A stretch of DNA of 62,470 bases, from NCBI GenBank assembly GCA_965367815.1, contig CBDUKN010000018.1, forward strand, positions 1 to 62,470, read 5' to 3'. This DNA comes from an uncultured Thermoprotei archaeon (GTDB lineage: Archaea; Thermoproteota; Thermoprotei; Thermofilales; B15-G2). This document shows, in pieces, positions 39,308 through 48,672 of this stretch; position 1 is the stretch's first letter, and each line of letters starts with the position of its first letter. The position numbers and the translations under genes are program-made. Below the pieces are notes generated by a model. It searched no databases. It worked only from the letters and a program-made list of their open reading frames with translations, and was not told the DNA's origin.

Positions 39308-40327
39308 ATGGCCTACGATTTCGAGTTAGATAGAATAATTAACTTTATTAAGGAGAGAAAAGCTAAGACTGTGCTTATTCAGCTGGCTGATGGGCTAAAG
39401 CAGTATGCTGAAGGGATCTGCAACGTTGTGGAGTCTAAAGCTGACTGCACCTGTATAGTGTCAGCAGATCCGTGCTATGGGTTCTGCGATGTTGCAGAAG
39501 ACGAAGCGAAGAGACTTGGAGTAGATGTTATTGTTCATATAGGTCACTCTAGATCTCCTCAAAGATTCTCCATTCCAGTTCTCTTTATTGAGGCATATAG
39601 CAAACTTGATGTAGGGAGAGCCGTAATAAGGGCTGCAGAAGTAGCTAAGGAAGTCGGGTTAAAGAAGGTGGGGCTTTGTGTTTCAGTACAGCATCTTAAA
39701 GAGCTCCCTAAAGCAGAAAATATTCTGCGAGAAAGAGGTCTCCAGGTTTTCGTAGGTGAAGATCCTCGGGGAGTGCTTAAGAGAGGACAAGTCATAGGAT
39801 GTGATGTGACGACGGCTTTGTCTATAGCAGACTGTGTAGACGGATTTATTGTGATAAGCGGAGGTATTTTTCATGCTCTCGGAGTGGCTTTATTTACAGG
39901 CAAGAGAGTTATAGTGGCTGATCCCTATAGAGGGGATGCTAAAGATATTTCCAGTGAAGTAAAGAGGATCTTAGCTATTCGGTGGTATGCTATATCTAAG
40001 TTGAAGGATGCTAGAAAAGTAGGAATAGTAATTGGCCTTAAAAGCGGACAAATGCATTTAGCTCAAGCACTCAAGCTGAAAGAAGCTTTAGAAAATACAG
40101 GAAAAGAAGTAATGTTACTGGCGCTCCGCGAAATAACTCCTGAGGCTTTAATACCTTATGGCGGTATAGAAGTCTTTGTGATCGCAGCTTGTCCCAGAAT
40201 ACCCATTGATGATTACTCGAATTTTCATAAACCTGTATTAAATATTATGGAGGCGTACATGTATTTACAGAAATATATGGGAGACTACCACAAATTCTAC
40301 AAAACTTCAGCTGCTCTTCTCAGCTGA
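39308..40327 (+). CDS. dph2: Diphthamide biosynthesis enzyme Dph2
   Basis: CYGFCD, GQVIGC, ACPRIPIDD (three Fe-S cysteines). Confidence 0.93.
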   Translation: MAYDFELDRIINFIKERKAKTVLIQLADGLKQYAEGICNVVESKADCTCIVSADPCYGFCDVAEDEAKRLGVDVIVHIGHSRSPQRFSIPVLFIEAYSKLDVGRAVIRAAEVAKEVGLKKVGLCVSVQHLKELPKAENILRERGLQVFVGEDPRGVLKRGQVIGCDVTTALSIADCVDGFIVISGGIFHALGVALFTGKRVIVADPYRGDAKDISSEVKRILAIRWYAISKLKDARKVGIVIGLKSGQMHLAQALKLKEALENTGKEVMLLALREITPEALIPYGGIEVFVIAACPRIPIDDYSNFHKPVLNIMEAYMYLQKYMGDYHKFYKTSAALLS

Positions 40328-40606
40328 TTCTGCTTCCTCCTTCTTCTCCTTTTCTTCGAGTTCTTTTACTTCTTTTTCAAGTTCCTTTTCTATTTCCTCT
40401 ATAGAAGGTGGCGGAGGAGTAGTTGCTAAAGTATAACCTATCCAAGCTAGAATTCCGAAGACGGCGTAGACGGCAATAAGCGCGGTTAGTTTAAGGAGAA
40501 GTTCTGATATCCATTTTTCAGCTAAGAAGAGTCCCCAGCCGTAGAACAGCATTACTGCAATAGATACTATGACTAATAGAACTCCTATTGCTTGGTCTTT
40601 AGACAT
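40307..40606 (-). CDS. Conserved 2-TM membrane protein with Pro-rich and acidic tail (DPM2-like)
   Basis: DQAIG..., WIGYTLATTPPP, E/K-rich tail; SD GGTGA. Confidence 0.8.
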   Translation of the reverse strand: MSKDQAIGVLLVIVSIAVMLFYGWGLFLAEKWISELLLKLTALIAVYAVFGILAWIGYTLATTPPPPSIEEIEKELEKEVKELEEKEKKEEAESAEKSS

Positions 40607-40729
40607 TTCTTCACCCGTTTTTCACATTAAAACGAGTAATTTAAACCTTTTGTAAATAAGTTCTATACTCTAAGAGCTGTAGTTCAAGCCTTAGGTAAAG
40701 AATATATTCTACGAAGAATTAGTCAAAAT

Positions 40730-41263
40730 ATGTCTCTCAAGAGTCTTCCTTCGGGGAAGAACCCTCCATCTGACATCTATGTGATCATAGAAATACCCAA
40801 GGGGTCCTACATTAAGTACGAAATAGATGAAAAAACAGGAGCAATTATGGTCGACAGAATTCTTTACACAGCTATGATTTATCCATTCAATTACGGAATA
40901 GTGCCTCAGACACTGATGGAGGACGGAGACCCCGTCGACGTCCTTGTTTTATCTCATGAGCCGCTCTATCCAGGAACGGTTATCAGGTGCAGGCCTATAG
41001 GAGTTCTTGAAATGGAAGACGAGGAAGGTATAGACAATAAAATCATAGCTGTTCCTGTATCAAAGATAGATCCCCGCTTCGATGGTATAAAAGATATATC
41101 CGACGTACCCGAAGCCGAGTTAAACAAGATTAAGCACTTCTTTGAACACTACAAGGAGCTAGAGAAAGGAAAGTGGGTTAAAGTCAGAGAGTTCAAGCCA
41201 CGTGAAGTAGCGGAGAAAATGATTGAAGAGGCGATAGAAAGATTTAAGAAAGAGGCCAAGTAG
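40730..41263 (+). CDS. ppa: Inorganic pyrophosphatase
   Basis: KYE, DR, YPFNYG, DGDPVD, HFFEHYK. Confidence 0.96.
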   Translation: MSLKSLPSGKNPPSDIYVIIEIPKGSYIKYEIDEKTGAIMVDRILYTAMIYPFNYGIVPQTLMEDGDPVDVLVLSHEPLYPGTVIRCRPIGVLEMEDEEGIDNKIIAVPVSKIDPRFDGIKDISDVPEAELNKIKHFFEHYKELEKGKWVKVREFKPREVAEKMIEEAIERFKKEAK

Positions 41264-41273
41264 CTACATCACA

Positions 41274-41323
41274 GTGATGAGGTTTCTGGTCGGGTTATTG
41301 ATGCCCGTAGGGCCCTTTGCTGA
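41274..41323 (+). ncRNA. Candidate C/D-box sRNA
   Basis: GTGATGA (C), TTGATGC (C'), CTGA (D); guide CCGTAGGGCCC is complementary to the archaeal 16S segment GGGCCCTACGG (recalled, not aligned). Confidence 0.65.
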
Positions 41324-41352
41324 TTTTTATTAATTTATCAAGGTCAAGGAAA

Positions 41353-42438
41353 ATGAGGCGTGTTTTAAGAACTTGGGCGGGGTCTTTTCTTTTAGGAGAT
41401 CTTCCTCGAGGCTGCGAGCTTTGCATGCATGGTCTTAAACTAGTTCTTTTGATAACTGGTCTCTGTGATAAGCGATGCTGGTACTGTCCTCTTTCTAGGG
41501 AGAAAAAGGGTAGAGACGTTATTTATGTTAATGAAAGGTCCGTGAAAAAATTTGACGACATAGTAGAGGAGGTTGAGAGTCAAGGTGCTGAGGGGGCGGG
41601 AATTACTGGCGGAAACCCGTTGCTCGTATTCGAGCGGACTCTAGGTTACATTAAATTAATGAAGGAAGTATTTGGAGAAGACTTTCATATTCATCTCTAT
41701 ACTGCTATTTCTCCGGCGTTTAACTTAGATAAAATTAAGTCTCTTGCTGAAGCAGGACTAGATGAGTTGAGGATACATCTTATGCTAGATAATCCTTCTG
41801 AATGGAAAATTATGAAAAAGTTAGTCGAGAAAATAAAGAACTGTGATATAGGGGTAGAAATTCCTGTTATTCCGGGCTATTTAAATGAAATAAAGAAGAT
41901 GATTCGATTTCTAGACGAAAGTGGTGTTTTCTTCATGAATATGAACGAGCTTGAGTTTAGCGAGAGTAATAGTTTCTTGCTTCAAATGAGAGGATTTAAG
42001 CTCAAGGAAGGGTCTTTCTCTGCAGTAGAAGGAAGCCACGAGACTGCAATGGAGGCACTCAAGTGGGCCGAGAAAAACGTCTCAAAACTCAATATGCATT
42101 ACTGTCCTGCTTTTATTAAAGATTCAGTCCAGTATAAAAATAGGTTAATACGCACGGCGAAAAGAGTTAGGAGACCGCATGAGAAAGTAACTGATGAAGG
42201 TACTTTAGTTAAGTTGGTTTTAATACCTCCTCCAGAGCTCGAACTAAGCGCAGCTGCACTACTAGTTGAAAGGGTGATAGGTGAAGCTCCGTACTTGAAT
42301 TTGCCTAGAAAGTGTCTTGAGGTAGATCCGGATTACTATGATTTAGTCGATGAGCTGAAGAAGCATGGTTTTCGGTGTTTTCTTGTAGAGGAGTATCCTA
42401 CCTATGGAAGAAAAGTTTTAAGCCGAGTAGAGCTCTGA
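41353..42438 (+). CDS. Radical SAM protein of unknown function
   Basis: GCELC, CDKRCWYC (CxxxCxxC), ITGGNP, LDELRIH; ATG 41353 preferred over TTG 41317. Confidence 0.9.
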   Translation: MRRVLRTWAGSFLLGDLPRGCELCMHGLKLVLLITGLCDKRCWYCPLSREKKGRDVIYVNERSVKKFDDIVEEVESQGAEGAGITGGNPLLVFERTLGYIKLMKEVFGEDFHIHLYTAISPAFNLDKIKSLAEAGLDELRIHLMLDNPSEWKIMKKLVEKIKNCDIGVEIPVIPGYLNEIKKMIRFLDESGVFFMNMNELEFSESNSFLLQMRGFKLKEGSFSAVEGSHETAMEALKWAEKNVSKLNMHYCPAFIKDSVQYKNRLIRTAKRVRRPHEKVTDEGTLVKLVLIPPPELELSAAALLVERVIGEAPYLNLPRKCLEVDPDYYDLVDELKKHGFRCFLVEEYPTYGRKVLSRVEL

Positions 42439-42480
42439 TGTTGCTAACAGATATATAGGTTTGCCGTGGTTTAGATTAGA

Positions 42481-43095
42481 ATGATTGAAAGAAATTTAAA
42501 ATCGCTTGTAGAAAGATATGTTTACTATATTAAGGCGAGAAATTTTGGTACTGAGTTTTCCAGCGAAGAAAGAAAAATACTAGCTGAATTAGAAGAAAAG
42601 CTCTTTGAAGAAGATGTCAAAGTTATTCTCGAAGATAGGCTTGTAGAGGAACTATCTCCTACGCAGAGTAGCTACTTGAAGGACATAGTTGAAGGTAAGA
42701 GAAAGATAGTGAGTTTTGACACAGAGTGGGGTCGAGTATACTTAGTTATTGGTAAAGATTCTCCCTTATATAGCGCTGTGTCGGAAAACTTAGATGATTT
42801 GAGAGCTGCATATTGGCTTTATTTTCAAAATATAAGAGATCTGTTTAAAACAGCAATAAATACTTTGCTTAAAGGAGATTACTCGAGAGCTGTCTCTATA
42901 GTGCTTGCTATAAAGCAACTTTTACCACCGCACTTTAAAGAGGACTCTAATATCATTTTGAATCTTCTCAGTGAGCGTAGGCTTGATGAAGCACTAGAAA
43001 AACTGAAGGAACTTCAGTATAAAACGAAAAAGTTTTTAATACAGTCCTGGAGAGAAAGAACAAGGATGATGAACCGATGGCCCAAGAATCGATGA
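42481..43095 (+). CDS. Hypothetical protein
   Basis: 204-aa ORF in operon-like context; no motif recognised. Confidence 0.7.
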   Translation: MIERNLKSLVERYVYYIKARNFGTEFSSEERKILAELEEKLFEEDVKVILEDRLVEELSPTQSSYLKDIVEGKRKIVSFDTEWGRVYLVIGKDSPLYSAVSENLDDLRAAYWLYFQNIRDLFKTAINTLLKGDYSRAVSIVLAIKQLLPPHFKEDSNIILNLLSERRLDEALEKLKELQYKTKKFLIQSWRERTRMMNRWPKNR

Positions 43096-43115
43096 AGAGG
43101 CGGGTAAGCTTCTGA
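43066..43115 (+). ncRNA. Candidate C/D-box sRNA overlapping the upstream ORF end
   Basis: ATGATGA (C), ATGAAGA (C') 43092-43098, CTGA (D) 43112-43115; two ~12-nt guides. Confidence 0.7.
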
Positions 43116-43117
43116 CT

Positions 43118-44929
43118 GTGGTTGAAATGCGAATTAAGGGTAAGAAAGCTACGGAGTTCTTGAAGGAAATATCGGTTAACCTTAAGTGGTGTGACCGCTG
43201 TTGTGTTCCAGTATTAAGAGCCAGTGTCTGTACTATTTGCGGAGAACGAGCTAGAGAAGTAATTGCTGTTGCTCCTAAGGATGTTAGGCCGGCTTTTGAG
43301 AAAGATTTGAAGAAAATTAAAAGTCTTTTGGTAAAAGAGTATGGAGGCAGGATAGCTGAGAGACTACTGCCTGGCAGGTCTCTGATTTTACTAAATAAAG
43401 TTGAGTATGCTGATGCAGCTGATGAGATTATAGTAGGCGGCTATACCATAGGAACTAGAATATTTGATTTAGGTAAGTTATCTTGGGTGTTTAGACCTGA
43501 ATATAGAGGAGCAGCGCTTCTTATTGAGGAGGGAAAGAAGTATGCTGTTGTTAAGTCTGACTATCTGAAGAAGTTTCAGTTTATTGAAAGGAGCGAAATA
43601 ATCGAAGGAGATGTACCTGATGAGGGCTACGTGGCTGTAGAGTCTCGAAGCGGAAAAATGCAGGGCTTGGCTAAGGTTCTTGAGAGGGGAGGTTTAAGAA
43701 TAATTAAGGTTTGGCGTGCAGTATCCTCTTTGCCAGAAGTAAAATCTTATAGTGATTTAAAAAAGGCCGTGAAAGCTAATGAAGAAAAGTTGGAGGAGCT
43801 CGAAAGCGAGGCTGTAGAGCTTATCAAAGAATACTCTGTGGGAAGTGCTGTGACGGCTTCAGGTGGTAAAGATAGTTCGGCGGTGCTTTCTCTTGCTGCA
43901 AAAAGCGGAGTAAAAAATGTTGTATACGTGGATACGGGGGTAGATTTTATTGAGAACAAGGAGATGGTCGAGAAAGTATGTAACGTACTTGGCTTAAATT
44001 TAACAGTAGCTAAGCCAGTGGAGTCTTTCTGGAAGTATATTAAGGTTTTTGGAGTGCAGGCAAGAGACTATAGGTGGTGTACGCGTGTACTTAAGTTAGC
44101 ACCTATGGCAAAAGTTTTTTCAAAAAAAGGCTGGAAAGTAAGCATTACAGGTCAAAGAAAGTACGAGTCTATTTCTAGAGCTCTTCTTTCGCCAGTTTCT
44201 TCTTCGTTAACTCTGCACAATATAGAGAAAGTAGTGTCGCCTATTCACGACTGGTGCGCACTGGAAGTCTTCATATATTTAGTCAAAGAAGGTATTCTAG
44301 TTAATCCCCTTTATTATCAGGGATTTGATAGAATAGGCTGCTATGTGTGTCCTATGCTTAAATTGCCTGAGCTCAGAGCTGTGGCTCAACGGTCTGAATG
44401 TAAGCTCTGGGAGACTTTTCTGAGAAAACAGGCTAATAAAATAAAGTTGCCTAAGGAATGGGTTTCTATGGCTTTATGGAGGTGGAGGTACAAATTTCCT
44501 CCTGAAGTGGAGGCCGCTTTAAGCAAGCGCGGTATAAAAGCTCGTGAAATTATACTGAAAGTTCTCTCGAGTAGAGCAAGTGTAGGTATTGAGGGGTCTT
44601 CGCTAAGGATAATTTTACGGGATATTGTTGAGCCGAATTTAAAACTCATAGCCGATAGACTATCGGAGTACTTTCAAGTAGATTATAGGGAGAAGTATAT
44701 AGTGTTGAATAAACAGATAGAGATTACAAATAAAGGAGTAATAGTTATTCCGATAGATAACTTGAGGAATCTCGACTTGATAATTAAGACTATTTATAGC
44801 GAGAGTGTATGCGTCAAATGTAATTTGTGTAAGTGGGCGTCTCCAGAGGAATGTCCTGTAGTTAAATATCTGCATTTAGATTCTGTAAAAATTGTTAGCG
44901 AAATTCTAGGTGTGAAAATTTCAAAGTAA
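43118..44929 (+). CDS. PAPS-reductase-family PP-loop protein with Zn ribbon and C-terminal Cys cluster
   Basis: CDRC..CTIC, SGGKDS, RWCT, GQRKYES, RIGCYVCP, CVKCNLC. Confidence 0.85.
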   Translation: MVEMRIKGKKATEFLKEISVNLKWCDRCCVPVLRASVCTICGERAREVIAVAPKDVRPAFEKDLKKIKSLLVKEYGGRIAERLLPGRSLILLNKVEYADAADEIIVGGYTIGTRIFDLGKLSWVFRPEYRGAALLIEEGKKYAVVKSDYLKKFQFIERSEIIEGDVPDEGYVAVESRSGKMQGLAKVLERGGLRIIKVWRAVSSLPEVKSYSDLKKAVKANEEKLEELESEAVELIKEYSVGSAVTASGGKDSSAVLSLAAKSGVKNVVYVDTGVDFIENKEMVEKVCNVLGLNLTVAKPVESFWKYIKVFGVQARDYRWCTRVLKLAPMAKVFSKKGWKVSITGQRKYESISRALLSPVSSSLTLHNIEKVVSPIHDWCALEVFIYLVKEGILVNPLYYQGFDRIGCYVCPMLKLPELRAVAQRSECKLWETFLRKQANKIKLPKEWVSMALWRWRYKFPPEVEAALSKRGIKAREIILKVLSSRASVGIEGSSLRIILRDIVEPNLKLIADRLSEYFQVDYREKYIVLNKQIEITNKGVIVIPIDNLRNLDLIIKTIYSESVCVKCNLCKWASPEECPVVKYLHLDSVKIVSEILGVKISK

Positions 44930-44972
44930 GAGTAGTTATTTATCTCTAAAATATGCTTGATAAAAGGGCGTC

Positions 44973-46220
44973 GTGAGCGAATTTGAGAAAGTATACCAGC
45001 AGTTGTCTAAAATTGCGGCCAGTAGAGACTTAAGAGAGGCTTTGAGGAGAGCTTCAAGGTCATATATCGAATCGTTTTTTAGTAAGACAAAGAAAGTAGA
45101 AAACTTAAGAAAAGTTGTTAGGGCAATAAAGGAATTTTCAATAGAGCACTTAGAGAATTTGGTAAAGACAACTATTGAAGTTATGGAAAACAAAGGTATA
45201 AGTGTCTATTTTGCTAAGTCATCTGAAGAAGCGCTGAAAATATTTGATAAAATAATTCCTGGCGGAAGTCTAGTAGTAAAGGCCAAGTCTCTTACATCTG
45301 AGGAAATATCTCTTAACGAATTTCTTTTAAAGAAGGGTTGTAAAGTTATCGAAACTGATGTAGGAGAGTTCATTGTACAGTACTTAAGGAGCAGACCAAT
45401 GCATATTACTGCTCCGGCTATCCATGTTAAAAGAGAAGAAGTAGCTAAACTCTTAGAAGAACTTACTGGCGAAAAAATACCTGCTGGTCCTCAAGTTCTT
45501 GTAAAGAAAATAAGGAATATCCTTAGAAGTAAGTACTTAAACGCCGACGTAGGTATTACTGGAGCAAATGTAATTGATGCTGAAACTGGGTCTATTTTCT
45601 TGATTGAAAATGAAGGAAATATTAGACTTGTATCGAGTTTATCTCGAATACACGTAGTTTTGGCCGGGGTTGAGAAAATAGTTCCGTTACTTGATGATGC
45701 GTTTCAAGTATGTAAGGTTATTTGGAGGTATGCTGGCTATGAAATGCCGTCCTATTTATCTATAATAAGCGGCCTCAGTAAAACGGGAGACATAGAGAAA
45801 AATGTTGTAGTTGGTGCTCAAGGTCCTAAAGAACTCCATGTAATCTTACTGGATAACGGGCGTATCAATTTATCGAGAGACCCCGTATTTAAGGAAGCTC
45901 TCTATTGTTTGAGATGCGGCGCCTGCATGTACTTTTGCCCCATATATAGAGTCTTGGCAGGATATTTTGGCTACAAGTATATGGGAGGCATAGGGGCCAT
46001 ATGGACAGCACATATTGCGGGAGGAGTTGATAAAGCAGCCCCGCTAGTTTACTTATGTACACTCTGTGAAAGGTGTAAAGAGATTTGCCCACTAAATATT
46101 GATGTTCCTAGAATGATTCTTAAGGCTAGACAAATGCTTGCTCAAGAAAACAAAGTTCCTTTCGAGGCATTTTTGACGAGAAAATACATAGCGTCTATGG
46201 GCGCACCCTACAGGAGGTGA
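44973..46220 (+). CDS. LUD-domain Fe-S protein (LutB-like)
   Basis: KAKSLTSEEI, ETDVGE, ENEGN, CLRCGACMYFCP, CTLCERCKEICP. Confidence 0.9.
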   Translation: MSEFEKVYQQLSKIAASRDLREALRRASRSYIESFFSKTKKVENLRKVVRAIKEFSIEHLENLVKTTIEVMENKGISVYFAKSSEEALKIFDKIIPGGSLVVKAKSLTSEEISLNEFLLKKGCKVIETDVGEFIVQYLRSRPMHITAPAIHVKREEVAKLLEELTGEKIPAGPQVLVKKIRNILRSKYLNADVGITGANVIDAETGSIFLIENEGNIRLVSSLSRIHVVLAGVEKIVPLLDDAFQVCKVIWRYAGYEMPSYLSIISGLSKTGDIEKNVVVGAQGPKELHVILLDNGRINLSRDPVFKEALYCLRCGACMYFCPIYRVLAGYFGYKYMGGIGAIWTAHIAGGVDKAAPLVYLCTLCERCKEICPLNIDVPRMILKARQMLAQENKVPFEAFLTRKYIASMGAPYRR

Positions 46221-46221
46221 C

Positions 46222-46992
46222 ATGATGATAGGACTCTGGGCAGGATGTACTGCTAGAATAAGAGTACCTGAAGTAAAGAAAAGTGCCGAGGATATTTTAT
46301 CTTATCTAAATATATCATTCGAAGAAGTAGATGAAGATCTTTGCTGTGGAGCTCCATTAGAAGTGTTAGGCTTTATAGACGACTTTAAGAAGAATTTAAA
46401 CAAAGTAAAGAGGATACTTTCTTCTGAAAAATATGAATACATAATTACACTGTGTCCTGAATGTCTATACGTTTTCAAAAGATACTTGCCTCACATTATT
46501 TCAGAAAAAATACTCCATATATCAGACTATTTAGCTAAGTATACTGACATTCTTTTCAATAAAGCCTTTGCTAAAAGTAGTGTATCAGTATATTACCATG
46601 AGCCTTGCGCACTTGTGAGAAAACTTCAGTATGATTCAACCAAAAAGATTTTAGAAAAAATACCAGGACTAAAGGTAGTAAATTCACTACTCAGTGGGAA
46701 GTATTCTACTTGCTGTGGCGCTGGTGGAGGAGTTTTCATATATGCTCCCGATATAGCTATTGAAGCTGCATCAGAAAAAATAGAAACCGAAATAATTCCC
46801 TCCAGCACGGATTACTTAATCGTATCTTGTCCAGTATGCTATATGATATTTAAGTACGCGATAACTCTCAAAGGCTACAATATTAAGCTTGTATACTTAA
46901 CTCAGCTAATGCAAAAAGTAGTGCGGGGGGTGGGATTTGAACCCACGCCGGCCTACGCCACGGGATATCCCAGGGAAAGGGAAGGGTCTTGA
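46222..46992 (+). CDS. CCG-domain Fe-S protein (LutA/HdrB-like)
   Basis: AGC, CCG, CPEC, HEPC, CCGAGG, CPVC. Confidence 0.88.
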   Translation: MMIGLWAGCTARIRVPEVKKSAEDILSYLNISFEEVDEDLCCGAPLEVLGFIDDFKKNLNKVKRILSSEKYEYIITLCPECLYVFKRYLPHIISEKILHISDYLAKYTDILFNKAFAKSSVSVYYHEPCALVRKLQYDSTKKILEKIPGLKVVNSLLSGKYSTCCGAGGGVFIYAPDIAIEAASEKIETEIIPSSTDYLIVSCPVCYMIFKYAITLKGYNIKLVYLTQLMQKVVRGVGFEPTPAYATGYPREREGS

Positions 46993-47027
46993 GTCCCGCC
47001 CCTTTGACCTGGCTCGGGCACCCCCGC
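46922..47027 (-). tRNA. tRNA-Leu(CAA) with 21-nt intron at 37/38 (46967-46987)
   Basis: GCGGGGG acceptor, long variable arm, GTTCAAATC; CTCA/TGGG central helix; CCA not encoded. Confidence 0.93.
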
Positions 47028-47050
47028 AAGAGAAAATGAATACGAGGGAG

Positions 47051-47058
47051 TATATAAA
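47051..47058 (-). promoter_or_regulatory. TATA box of tRNA-Leu(CAA)
   Basis: TTTATATA ~23 nt upstream; the same box precedes tRNA-Leu(GAG) at 47290-47297. Confidence 0.7.
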
Positions 47059-47156
47059 GTTGTATCTTTACTTACAGTGGAGAATACTTTGGTTTCTTTT
47101 AAAGGCAGTCAGTTAATTACTGGTATTTAAAGTCGGGAAAAGGAGTCTAAGAGAAG

Positions 47157-47267
47157 TGGTGCGGGGGGTGGGATTTGAACCCACGCAGGCCTACGCCAGT
47201 GGAGGTCTGCCGGGCAAAGGAGCCCGTCCTCAGTCCACCCCCTTTGACCTGGCTCGGGCACCCCCGC
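47157..47267 (-). tRNA. tRNA-Leu(GAG) with 23-nt intron at 37/38 (47205-47227)
   Basis: Cloverleaf with encoded CCA; intron helix CGGGC/GCCCG; BHB. Confidence 0.93.
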
Positions 47268-47336
47268 AAGAAAACACACCTTAGTCTAGTATATAAACTT
47301 TCTTTATGTTTTATGTATTTAATTAACTAAAAATAA

Positions 47337-48542
47337 TTATTGTTTTTTATGTTTCTTAATGAATGCTTCTATTCGATTAAATGCTTCCTCCAGAATAGGT
47401 GTTGGCGGTAGAAACACTGCCCTAAAGTGGTTTTTGCCTACTTTTCCGAAGCCTGAACCATGTACTATAAGCACTTTTTCTTCTAAAAGTAGTTTTTCCG
47501 CGAAGTCTCTGTCATTTTTCCAGGTTCCTTGGACGTCTATTCTAGGGAAAATATAGAAGGCGGACTTAGGCTTAACTGAACTTAAATAACTATTTTCCTT
47601 GATTCTCTTGAAAACATAGTCTCTTCGCTCTTTTAGCTTCTTGATCATTTCTGTTAAATGATCTAATGGTCCTCTAAGAGCTGCTACAGCAGCTTTTTGT
47701 ATAGGCGTTGCAGCGCATAGTCTACAGCGAGCCATTTTAATGAATGCTTGAAGAAGGTCTTCTCTATATTTTTCCGTAGGGTCGCGGATATAGAGGTACC
47801 CTAGCCTCCAGCCAGTCATGAGAAATGTCTTCGAAAAACCATTTAGAACTATTACTGGTGTATCTTTGGTGAGCGAAGCAGTGCTCTTGAATGTTCCTTC
47901 AAAAACAATTCCATCATATATTTCATCTGAGATTACTACAAGAGAGTGTTCTGCGGCTACATCTAGTATCTCTTTTACAGTTTTTTCCTCATACAGTGCT
48001 CCTGTAGGATTATTAGGATTGATTATTACTATCCCCTTAGTTTTACCTGTAATTTTTTCCCTTATGTCGTCTATGTCAGGCTGCCAGTCGTTTTCTTCGG
48101 AACACTGGTATACAACAGACTTTGCGCCATATAGCTGAGGATATACATTATACAAAGGGTAGCTCGGTTCAGGTACGAGAAGTTCATCGCCAGGGTTAAG
48201 GAGGACTGCACATACAAAGCCTATAGCTTCGGAGACACCTTGAGTAACAACTATGTCTGAAGGGTCTATCTCAACTCCATGCCAAGTTTTTTCTTTATAG
48301 GCAATTGCTTCCCTCAACTCAGGGTCTCCTTGGGAGAGGGAATAGTAATTGTGTTTCTCTAAAACTGCTTTGTGCAAAGCTTCTTTTATGTGACCAGGGG
48401 TATCAAAGTCGTATTTTAAGGGGTCGCCGATATTTAAGTAAATGATTTTTTCTCCTCGGGCTTCTAATTGCTTAGCTAAAGGAACGAGTTCTCTTATGGC
48501 ATACCTTATGTGAAATATTCTTTCGGCAATAGTTTTTCTCAC
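47337..48542 (-). CDS. Class I/II PLP aminotransferase (alanine aminotransferase-like)
   Basis: LNIGDP, NPNNPTG, DEIY, SKTFLMTGWRLG. Confidence 0.92.
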   Translation of the reverse strand: MRKTIAERIFHIRYAIRELVPLAKQLEARGEKIIYLNIGDPLKYDFDTPGHIKEALHKAVLEKHNYYSLSQGDPELREAIAYKEKTWHGVEIDPSDIVVTQGVSEAIGFVCAVLLNPGDELLVPEPSYPLYNVYPQLYGAKSVVYQCSEENDWQPDIDDIREKITGKTKGIVIINPNNPTGALYEEKTVKEILDVAAEHSLVVISDEIYDGIVFEGTFKSTASLTKDTPVIVLNGFSKTFLMTGWRLGYLYIRDPTEKYREDLLQAFIKMARCRLCAATPIQKAAVAALRGPLDHLTEMIKKLKERRDYVFKRIKENSYLSSVKPKSAFYIFPRIDVQGTWKNDRDFAEKLLLEEKVLIVHGSGFGKVGKNHFRAVFLPPTPILEEAFNRIEAFIKKHKKQ

Positions 48543-48672
48543 TTTAGGAATAATTACTTAGTTCTGATAAATACTTACCTTAATAATAGCATTTGGAATT
48601 GGGGCCCAATATCTTACATAGTTAAAAGCATTAATTGAAAATATTTGTAGAGCAATTTAATTTTGCCAAAAA

